Shown here: positions 9,471 through 16,666 of the stretch, in pieces
Numbering within the stretch: the first letter of the stretch is position 1
Layout of the letters: each line of letters opens with the position of its first letter
Assembly: GCA_029858565.1 (NCBI GenBank)
Contig: JAOUEV010000016.1
Span: forward strand, 1 to 55,840
DNA: 55,840 nt
Direction of reading: 5' to 3'
Source of the DNA: Nitrospirota bacterium
GTDB lineage: Bacteria > Nitrospirota > UBA9217
Translations under genes and position numbers: made by a program
Notes under the pieces: generated by a model
The model's input: only the letters and a program-made list of their open reading frames with translations
Databases searched by the model: none
What the model was told of the DNA's origin: nothing

Positions 9471-9698
9471 TCAGCACTTCGCACTCCACACTTCCAAGTC
9501 GCCCCCTCCCATGAACTGCACCACCTCCACCCGGTCGTTCTCCTTGACCAGGACTTCGCCGTAAGTGGCCTTGCGTACGATCTCCTCGTTGATCTCCACT
9601 GCCACACGCTCAGGCTTGATCTCCAGGTGCTGCAGAAGCCCGGAAACGGTCAGACCGTCGGGAACGTCTCTTTTTTCACCGTTCAAGTGTATGTTCAT
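9471..9698 (-). CDS. thiS: Sulfur carrier protein ThiS with a 9-aa C-terminal extension
   Basis: LNGE...VAVEINEEIV...DRVEVVQFMGGG followed by DLEVWSAKC. Confidence 0.93.
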   Translation of the reverse strand: MNIHLNGEKRDVPDGLTVSGLLQHLEIKPERVAVEINEEIVRKATYGEVLVKENDRVEVVQFMGGGDLEVWSAKC

Positions 9699-9878
9699 GA
9701 TTTTCTAACCGCTTCCACTGACATTCGACAGGATCACAGAATAACGATCCGATCTCAAGCGTATAAATCCTGTTGGTCCTGTCGCCTGGGAGCGCCTACT
9801 TTTGGTATCCTGTCAAAAAAGATCCTCTGATTTTCTCCGCGCCTCTGCGTCTCCGCGCGAGAACCGATTTTATGAGAC

Positions 9879-9910
9879 CAAAAAAGCCGCATCCCGAATA
9901 GGATGCGGCT
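9879..9910 (-). terminator. Intrinsic terminator of the TPP riboswitch expression platform
   Basis: AGCCGCATCC-TATTCG-GGATGCGGCT followed by a T tract on the minus strand. Confidence 0.9.
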
Positions 9911-9937
9911 CGAAAGGTGTCATTCCCTCGAATTTCT

Positions 9938-10024
9938 CGCCTTCCCTACGCCGGAACTACCCGGATCAGGTTCCAAGGGTCGCCCTTTTGGAAGGGCTCT
10001 CAGCCATGCGGCTCCCCCGGCTCT
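9938..10024 (-). ncRNA. TPP riboswitch (THI element)
   Basis: Minus strand GGGGGAGCC...GGCTGAGAG...GACCCTTGGAACCTGATCCGGGTAGTTCCGGCGTAGGGAAG upstream of thiS. Confidence 0.97.
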
Positions 10025-10032
10025 GTTTCAAC

Positions 10033-10061
10033 AAAATACAGCAGGTTCCGGGTAAAGTCAA
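10033..10061 (-). promoter_or_regulatory. Sigma70 promoter of the thi operon
   Basis: TTGACT-N17-TATTTT just upstream of the riboswitch. Confidence 0.7.
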
Positions 10062-10219
10062 CGGCTAATCCGACCGGATCAGGCAAGCTCAAAGGGTAAA
10101 TATGACCAAAATGACCAACCTGTTTCATTCTTGACCCCCTCAAAACCGTCCTGTAGAATAAGCATAATAAATATACGATCTTCAAGCCTGTTGCTTTGAT
10201 CATTTTAGCGTGCTAAATT

Positions 10220-10456
10220 ATGAGCGTCACCTTCGAGATCATTGGAGAGATCGAACAGGTCGAGATCATCGCAGCCGGCTCAAGCATCCGAGTACTGCCG
10301 TATATCCAGAAGGTCTACGGTCCGGGCCGTTGGCGGAAGCTTAAAGGCGTAGCCGCGATCAGACTCCCGAATGGCATGATCCGGCGCGTGGAACTTCATT
10401 GGTATGAAGCCCATGGTATCGGCAGGAAGGACTTCAAGATCAAGCGGTACTTGTAG
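10220..10456 (+). CDS. Small basic protein, putative toxin (WRKLKG...ELHWYEAHGIG)
   Basis: 78-aa ORF forming a tight bicistron with the next gene. Confidence 0.75.
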   Translation: MSVTFEIIGEIEQVEIIAAGSSIRVLPYIQKVYGPGRWRKLKGVAAIRLPNGMIRRVELHWYEAHGIGRKDFKIKRYL

Positions 10457-10467
10457 AAAGGATTTCT

Positions 10468-10683
10468 ATGAAAAAAAAATACGCGCTCTGCATCGACAAT
10501 AAAGGCAATGAATCATCGCTCATCCCGAGAAAGATCTACGAGATCCTGCCGGATGACCAGGCAGCCCAGGATGATTTTGTACGGCTGATCGACGAAAGCG
10601 GGGAAGATTACCTTCACCACAAGAGTCATTTCGTATTTGTCGAATTTCCCGAGGAGGTGGAACGAGTACTGCTCGCAGCGTAA
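10468..10683 (+). CDS. Small acidic protein, putative antitoxin/immunity protein (RLIDESGEDYL)
   Basis: 71-aa ORF, AAAGGA RBS, 11 bp after the upstream gene. Confidence 0.75.
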   Translation: MKKKYALCIDNKGNESSLIPRKIYEILPDDQAAQDDFVRLIDESGEDYLHHKSHFVFVEFPEEVERVLLAA

Positions 10684-10859
10684 TTCCGTTGATGCTGCCC
10701 CGATGAGGAAGCAGACAGATCAAGAAACCCGCCCCTCCCCCGCGGCATCCCGCTAAACACGCTCACGGCAGGCCTCTCCGTCCTGCCTTTTTTGCGTTAT
10801 TATCCATCAGGACGATGTTTCCTTCTTGATTTTTCACATGATTTATACTATTTTTAATC

Positions 10860-11153
10860 ATGGACAAATTAACGACCATAAATTTACTCAAGACAAATTT
10901 AAACTATATTCAGGTCCACTTTGGCGTTAATAAGCTTCTGCTTTTTGGTTCTGTGGTCCATGGTACCGCTAAAGAAGGAAGTGATGTGGATATTCTTGTC
11001 GATTTCAGCGGCCAGCCGGACTTTGACCGTTTTATGGACCTCAAGTTCTTCCTGGAAGACCTCTTGAAAACAAAGGTCGATCTGGTCACCCGCGACGCCT
11101 TGCGACAGGGAATGCGACCGTCAATAGAACGAGAGGCGCTCAATGTCGCGTGA
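10860..11153 (+). CDS. Minimal nucleotidyltransferase (MNT) antitoxin
   Basis: LFGSVVHG...SDVDILV...KVDLVT. Confidence 0.92.
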   Translation: MDKLTTINLLKTNLNYIQVHFGVNKLLLFGSVVHGTAKEGSDVDILVDFSGQPDFDRFMDLKFFLEDLLKTKVDLVTRDALRQGMRPSIEREALNVA

Positions 11154-11490
11154 CTGGGCCCTTTATCTTGAGGACATTCTGATTTCCTGCCGGAAGATCC
11201 AGCAATACACGCGCGGAATGGACCCTGTGCAATTTCAGGCTGATGGGAAGACCTATGATGCTGTTCTTCGCAACCTGGAGATCATCGGTGAAGCCGCAAA
11301 GAACATTCCCTTCCCTGTCCAGGCATTGATACCGGAGATTGAATGGCGCAAGCCTGCCGGCCTGCGCGATATGATCGCACACGCCTATTTCGGGATTGAC
11401 AATAATATTCTTTGAGATGTGATACGAAATAAAGTACCTGAACTGCAACAAGCAGTAGAAGCTTTCCAGAAACGTCGAAAACAGGCATAG
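11143..11490 (+). pseudogene. DUF86/HEPN toxin with a premature TGA at 11413-11415
   Basis: AVLRNLEIIGEAAK...LRDMIAHAYFGID; NNIL*DVIRNKVPEL continues in frame to TAG 11490; TGA sits where a Trp (TGG) is expected. Confidence 0.85.
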
Positions 11491-11511
11491 AAGTTGGCAA
11501 TCTTGAACATA

Positions 11512-12396
11512 ATGCGCATCAGATACCTGACAAAATGGATCACTCCCCTCCTCCTGCTTTTCCTTTCCGCCGCATGCAGCGACGAGGTTTCCCGTGTCGG
11601 GTCCTCGACGATCCGCGCCAGGGACCTTGCGCGCCGCGTAAGCGTTACGGAGATCTACTACCCCGGGAGCGGAAAGAACTACGTCGCGCTCTCCCAGCTC
11701 ATAAAGGGAAACCTGTCGATCGAGATGCTGCGCTCCCTTGGCCGTACTGTTGACGACAGTGTCCTGGAAAAAGAAGCGCAGCGGATCGACCAGAACACCA
11801 AGGCGCCGGAGATGCTGAAAAGGATCAAGGACGTCTACAGGTCGGACCGCAAGGCGTATCTGCGCTCCTTTGTGGCTTTGGTATACGCGGAACGGGTCCT
11901 CTATTCCGAGGTATTCCTGAAATCACCGGACGCCCAGGCAACAGAGCGGAAACAAGCGGAATCCCTGCTGCAGCAGGCTTCCCCGTCCCCCTCGTCGTTC
12001 ATGCAAACGGCACGGAAGCAGGGCCTTTCCGCAGAGCAGTTCCGGGTCTCGCTCAAATATGGCGTTGTCCCGATCGAGCACACGCCGCTTGCCACCCCGG
12101 CTCCCCACGAGGCTGATCTCGAACATGCGGACCGGCTGCACCACCTGCTGGAAACAACCAAGCCAGGCGCGATCTATCCAAAGGTGATCGAATGGCAGGA
12201 GAATTTCCAGGTGGTCCGCCTTCTCAGGAGGACGGGAAAGGACCTGATCATCGAGTCCGCGGCCGTGGCAAAGCGGAGTTATGACGAATGGTTCTGGGAG
12301 AAGGCATCGAAAGTACCTGTGAGGATCACAAACATCGCGCTGAAATCCGAACTGCTCAAGGAAGTATCCTGGGCATCCCGCCTGAAACTGGACTGA
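11512..12396 (+). CDS. Hypothetical lipoprotein, possibly SurA/PrsA chaperone-like
   Basis: Lipobox LSAAC and a helical body; similarity to foldases is weak. Confidence 0.65.
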   Translation: MRIRYLTKWITPLLLLFLSAACSDEVSRVGSSTIRARDLARRVSVTEIYYPGSGKNYVALSQLIKGNLSIEMLRSLGRTVDDSVLEKEAQRIDQNTKAPEMLKRIKDVYRSDRKAYLRSFVALVYAERVLYSEVFLKSPDAQATERKQAESLLQQASPSPSSFMQTARKQGLSAEQFRVSLKYGVVPIEHTPLATPAPHEADLEHADRLHHLLETTKPGAIYPKVIEWQENFQVVRLLRRTGKDLIIESAAVAKRSYDEWFWEKASKVPVRITNIALKSELLKEVSWASRLKLD

Positions 12397-12450
12397 TCCA
12401 CTCGCGCAAATACCCCGTATTTACCCATTCTAGATACTTGATTGATAATT

Positions 12451-12490
12451 AAAACAAAACGGGCAGACCTTTCGGCCTGCCCTTCTTTTA
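12451..12490. terminator. Bidirectional intrinsic terminator
   Basis: A-rich run, GGGCAG...CTGCCC hairpin, T-rich run between convergent genes. Confidence 0.7.
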
Positions 12491-12496
12491 CCTCGA

Positions 12497-12858
12497 TCAA
12501 CTAGTGATTTTCTTGTCCTCAAGCAGACCGAGCTTTTCTTTTGTGGCAATGACCAGCACGGACTCCACGGCCTTCTTCTTTCCCTTGGGCGTGCGCACTA
12601 TCATCTTGAGCCCGCTCCTGCGGAGCGCATCGTCGGGGAAGACAAGCTCCCTGCCTGCTGTCAGCGGCTCGGCATGGCACAGGTCATTGGGATAGAGCTT
12701 GCTGATGCGCCATACTGGTCCACGCTGAAGAGATGCAGGTAGCCTTCCTGGTTCGTCGAGGCCTTCACCTTGATCGGTTCATCATGGGTCGCTAAGACCG
12801 GCGTGGAGAATATTGCCATCAGCACGATAGCGACCGCCGTCAGTCTATGAATTACCAT
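12497..12858 (-). pseudogene. Frameshifted DUF4384-like secreted protein
   Basis: Signal peptide + KASTNQEGYLHLFSVDQYG; the adjacent frame continues ISKLYPNDL...ELVFPDD...AVESVLVIATKEKL; 1-nt deletion near 12708. Confidence 0.7.
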
Positions 12859-12942
12859 GATTTCTCCCGGCATCAATGCCTTATTGCTTCTGATTTGATA
12901 CTGACTGCTTACCGCTTATCACTTTAGCCCTTGTTCTGCTCG

Positions 12943-13545
12943 CTAGCCATTAACCAATTTCACCACCGCCATGCCGTCCTCGTAATGATCGATGATGTTC
13001 AGCGCTCCGAAGTTCTGGTCAATACGGAAGAGGTTGAGCGGCGGCAGGCCCAGGGCCTCTGCAAGTATCACCCGGTTCACGCCGCCGTGCAGCAGCATGG
13101 CGATCTCCTGGCCAGGATGGGCCGCCACAATGCGGAGGTACTCGGGCAGGATCCGCTCCCGCACGTCATGCAAACATTCGCCTTCCGGCGGCCGGTAGTT
13201 CAGCAGGTCAGCGCGCCAGGCAGTGTAGTCCTCGGGATAGCGCTCCTTGATCTCCTCTGCGGTCAGACCTTCCCACTTGCCAACGCTCCGCTCCCGAAGC
13301 GTCCTGATGGGTGTGTGCGAAAGACCCAGGCGCTCGGAGATGATCCGGGCGCCCTTGACCGATCGGATCAGGTCGCTCGAGTAGACAGCTGAGACCGGTT
13401 TGCCGTCCAATAGCCCGGCGAGCCGGCGCATCTGCTCAACGCCTTTTTCCGTGATATCCACGTCAATATGGCCGTTGTAGCGTTTTTGTCCGCCATTGGC
13501 CACTTCTCCGTGGCGCATGAGATAGACTCGGGTGAATATCGCCAT
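12943..13545 (-). CDS. cobC: Alpha-ribazole phosphatase (histidine phosphatase family)
   Basis: RHG motif, YSSDL, HGGVNR; downstream of cobU-cobS. Confidence 0.85.
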   Translation of the reverse strand: MAIFTRVYLMRHGEVANGGQKRYNGHIDVDITEKGVEQMRRLAGLLDGKPVSAVYSSDLIRSVKGARIISERLGLSHTPIRTLRERSVGKWEGLTAEEIKERYPEDYTAWRADLLNYRPPEGECLHDVRERILPEYLRIVAAHPGQEIAMLLHGGVNRVILAEALGLPPLNLFRIDQNFGALNIIDHYEDGMAVVKLVNG

Positions 13546-13582
13546 ACAGCACCTGAAATACAGAATAACGTCAACAACCTCG

Positions 13583-13687
13583 TCTCGCGCAAAGGCGCCA
13601 AGCCGCAAAGGAAAGCAATGATCAAATTCTTGCTTCCTGTACTGAATCCTAAGGCCGTTCTTAGCGTCTTTGCGGCTTTGCGCGAGA
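13583..13687. repeat. Inverted 9-mer-periodic element
   Basis: TCTCGCGCAAAGGCGCCAAGCCGCAAAG ... CTTAGCGTCTTTGCGGCTTTGCGCGAGA. Confidence 0.9.
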
Positions 13688-13713
13688 ACGCCTTTTGCTT
13701 TTTTGGTCTGTCC

Positions 13714-14478
13714 TTACCGTTCGCTCAACAGGAACACGAACAAAAGCAGCGTCAGCGCCTCGGTCATCTCGCTCACCGCGCCAATGGAATCACCGGTGAC
13801 GCCGCCTACCTTGCGCGTCACGAACCAGCGCCAGAGCAGGGTGAAACAGACCACGGCAACGGGGATCCCGATCGCAAGAACGATGGTGCGAGGTTCATTG
13901 ATGATGACGAAGGCTGATATGCCGAGCGAAACGACCGACGCGGCGACCAGCCCGCCGGACCGGACATGGCCGACAAAGGCCTTTCCCATGCCTTCGTCGC
14001 GGCCGTAGTCGGACTTGTACATCATCAGCATCTGCGCCCAGCGGCTGAACGCGGGGGCCGTGAGCAATGCAGCGGTCTTGTACTCGGTGAAAAGATTGTT
14101 GAGGCAGGCATATTTTATCAGGAATATGAAAATGATGGCCAGCACGCCGGCGGTGCCGATCCTGCTGTCCCTCATGATCGCGAGCCGGGACTCATGATCA
14201 TGGCCGCCCATAATGCCGTCAACGCTGTCCGCGAGGCCGTCCACATGAAGCGCGCGCGTCAGCATGACCGACGCCAGCAGGAGGAAGATGTTGCCGATCG
14301 TGTCCGGGAACAGCCAGAGCAGCGCCTTGTCCGCCTGCACCAGGATAAGGCCGATCAGAAAGCCGATAAAGGGAAAGTAGACCATGGAGCGCGCGAGATC
14401 GTTCTCCGTGGTCTCATGGTCTTTCCTGACCGTGATGACCGTCAGGAACTGCAGCGCTGTGATGAAGTTTCTGAACAT
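13714..14478 (-). CDS. cobS: Adenosylcobinamide-GDP ribazoletransferase
   Basis: ALHVDGLADSVDG, IMRDSRIG, GGVTGDSIGA. Confidence 0.95.
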   Translation of the reverse strand: MFRNFITALQFLTVITVRKDHETTENDLARSMVYFPFIGFLIGLILVQADKALLWLFPDTIGNIFLLLASVMLTRALHVDGLADSVDGIMGGHDHESRLAIMRDSRIGTAGVLAIIFIFLIKYACLNNLFTEYKTAALLTAPAFSRWAQMLMMYKSDYGRDEGMGKAFVGHVRSGGLVAASVVSLGISAFVIINEPRTIVLAIGIPVAVVCFTLLWRWFVTRKVGGVTGDSIGAVSEMTEALTLLLFVFLLSER

Positions 14479-14611
14479 AGGGTTGTCCTGTGGTACCTGC
14501 TAGTCTCTTGTCCCGTGCTTTTGCTCGCTTATTACTTACCACTCATAGCCCTTCTTTTGTTTCCTATCCCTGGTTCTTAATTTTGCCCCTGACCCCTTAC
14601 GGCTTGCGGCT

Positions 14612-15130
14612 TTATTTAATTTTCACCGGCAGTCCCGCTGCGACAAAATAGGCTTCGTCCGCAGCAGCAGCGACCCGCTGGTTCATTATGCCCGCGAGGT
14701 CCCGGAACCTCCGGACAAGCGCGTTGTCCGGAACGATACCGAGGCCCACCTCGTTCGAGACCACCAGGAGCGTGCCGTCATGGGACCTGAGCGCGGCGGC
14801 AAGTTCGTCGATCGATTCCCGCACCTCATCGTCCTTCGATCTCCGCGCCATGACATTGCTGAGCCAGAGCGTAAGGCAGTCCAGCAGCACCACGCTGTAA
14901 CGGCCCGCAAGCTTCCCTACCAGTTCGGCGATGGCCAGCGGCTCTTCAAAGGTGTCCCAGGCGCCCCCGCGTCGCTTGCGATGATGTTCGATCCGCTCCA
15001 CCATCTCGGCGTCCAGCGCCTGCGCGGTTGCCAGATAGGCCCGTTTACCGGTTATCTCTCCCGCGAGCTTCTCGGCAAAGGCCGATTTTCCCGACCGTGC
15101 GCCGCCGGTGATAAATATAAGTTTCGACAT
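14612..15130 (-). CDS. cobU: Bifunctional adenosylcobinamide kinase/guanylyltransferase
   Basis: ITGGARSGKS, LLDCLTLWLSN, VSNEVGLGIVP. Confidence 0.95.
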   Translation of the reverse strand: MSKLIFITGGARSGKSAFAEKLAGEITGKRAYLATAQALDAEMVERIEHHRKRRGGAWDTFEEPLAIAELVGKLAGRYSVVLLDCLTLWLSNVMARRSKDDEVRESIDELAAALRSHDGTLLVVSNEVGLGIVPDNALVRRFRDLAGIMNQRVAAAADEAYFVAAGLPVKIK

Positions 15131-15167
15131 TCGAGAAATCTGGCAGCCCTGCCGATAGAAACGATCG

Positions 15168-15252
15168 TTCACACGAAGGCACAAAGGCACGAAGAAGATC
15201 GGATCAGATCGGGTTATGCCCTCCCTTTGTGGCTTCGTGGCTTTGTGTGAGA
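15168..15252. repeat. Inverted 9-mer-periodic element (CACGAAG subtype)
   Basis: TCACACGAAGGCACAAAGGCACGAAG ... CTTTGTGGCTTCGTGGCTTTGTGTGAGA. Confidence 0.85.
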
Positions 15253-15277
15253 AATGGTTATTGGCAGTTGCTTAGGT

Positions 15278-15317
15278 AAAAAAACCCTGCGGGAGCATTT
15301 ACTCCTGCAGGGATTTC
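15278..15317 (-). terminator. tRNA terminator
   Basis: CCCTGCAGGAG/CTCCCGCAGGG hairpin followed by a T run on the minus strand. Confidence 0.8.
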
Positions 15318-15328
15318 CTAGAGAGTTA

Positions 15329-15403
<75 letters not shown>

Positions 15404-15415
15404 TTTTCATGGGCT

Positions 15416-15444
15416 ATTATAATGATAGCCCCGTGCACTGTCAA
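15416..15444 (-). promoter_or_regulatory. Consensus sigma70 promoter of tRNA-Gly
   Basis: TTGACA-N17-TATAAT. Confidence 0.9.
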
Positions 15445-15459
15445 TCAAATTTCCGGAAC

Positions 15460-15945
15460 TTACAGAAGCGACTTGATGTCCTTTTCCAGATCGCCCTCCT
15501 CGGCGCCGCCGAGATACTGTTTCGCGATCATGCCGTCCTTATTGACGATATAGACCATGGGGATCGCCCGCACCATGTACTTCGCGGCGACCTCATCATC
15601 CCCCCTGAGCACGGGATAGCTGATGCCGAACTCCTTTGCAAAGGACCGTATCTCGTCCAGGCCGGATGTATCCATGGAAACACCAAGGACCACCAGCCCC
15701 TTGCCCTGATAAGCCTTGTGCAGCCGCTCCATGCCGGGAATGGACTCCCGACAGGGCGGGCACCAGGTCGCCCAGAACTCCACGAGCACCACCTTCCCCT
15801 TGAGGTCGCCGAGGTGGACGGCCTTCCCGGCAAGGTCCTTGAGGGTAAAATCAGGCGCCGCTGAAATTGCTGCGGTCTTCTCCTGCCTGGTGCAGCCTGC
15901 CAGCGCCGCCAGGAGAACGATAACCATGACAAACTTGTTCCGCAT
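15460..15945 (-). CDS. TlpA/ResA-family thiol-disulfide oxidoreductase lipoprotein
   Basis: LAGC lipobox, APDFTL, FWATWCPPC. Confidence 0.92.
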   Translation of the reverse strand: MRNKFVMVIVLLAALAGCTRQEKTAAISAAPDFTLKDLAGKAVHLGDLKGKVVLVEFWATWCPPCRESIPGMERLHKAYQGKGLVVLGVSMDTSGLDEIRSFAKEFGISYPVLRGDDEVAAKYMVRAIPMVYIVNKDGMIAKQYLGGAEEGDLEKDIKSLL

Positions 15946-16044
15946 TGTTTTGCAAAGCTCCTTGTGACACGTTGAAACTATTCCGGCGGCGCCCTGAGAC
16001 GGGAGCCGCCGGTCGATGAACGTCAGGGAAGTACCGTCAAGGGA

Positions 16045-16365
16045 TCAAGCCAGCAGCGCGTCGACCTTCGACTTGAGCTGGGACTTGGGCACCGCGCCCA
16101 CGATCTGGTCCACGGTCTGGCCGTTCTTGAAGAACATGAGCGTCGGAATGCCCATGATCCGGTATTTGCCAGCGATATCGGGATTCTCGTCGGTGTTGAG
16201 CTTCAGCACCTTGATCTTGCCCGCGTATTCCTTCGAGATCTCGTCAACGATCGGCGCCACCATCCTGCAGGGGCCGCACCACACCGCCCAGAAGTCCACC
16301 AGCACCAATCCCTGGGCTTTCAGCACTTCCTGGTCCCACGTTGCACTCGTTACTGCGTCTGCCAT
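16045..16365 (-). CDS. trxA: Thioredoxin
   Basis: [15 protein letters not shown]. Confidence 0.97.
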   Translation of the reverse strand: MADAVTSATWDQEVLKAQGLVLVDFWAVWCGPCRMVAPIVDEISKEYAGKIKVLKLNTDENPDIAGKYRIMGIPTLMFFKNGQTVDQIVGAVPKSQLKSKVDALLA

Positions 16366-16389
16366 GCCATCCTCCTTAGGAACCTGATC

Positions 16390-16590
16390 TTATGGTGTTG
16401 CCGGTGCCGCGGCACTTGTCGCCGGTTGCTTCCTGATCGCCCCTTCGGGACATACGCGGGGGCAGGCCCCGCAATCCATGCATTCCAAGCCGATCGTTGC
16501 CTTGCCGTTCAGAACATCGATCGCTTCGGTGGGGCACACATCGGCACAGGCCCCGCAGCCGGAGCACCTGTCTTGATTCACCACATACAT
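16390..16590 (-). CDS. 2[4Fe-4S] ferredoxin
   Basis: CSGCGACADVCP and CMDCGACPRVCP. Confidence 0.9.
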   Translation of the reverse strand: MYVVNQDRCSGCGACADVCPTEAIDVLNGKATIGLECMDCGACPRVCPEGAIRKQPATSAAAPATP

Positions 16591-16606
16591 AGGACAACCG
16601 TGCTGG

Positions 16607-16635
16607 ATTATAGACCCCGTCCCAAATGTTGTCAA
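16607..16635 (-). promoter_or_regulatory. Consensus sigma70 promoter of fdx-trxA-tlpA
   Basis: TTGACA-N17-TATAAT. Confidence 0.85.
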
Positions 16636-16666
16636 TATGTTTTGATTGTGGCATAATCAACGGGCC

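Noticed and set aside
11413-11415. TGA recoding (Trp, Gly or Sec) in the HEPN gene
   Set aside because: Many conserved genes here end normally at TGA and use TGG for Trp; a nonsense mutation or sequencing error is simpler.
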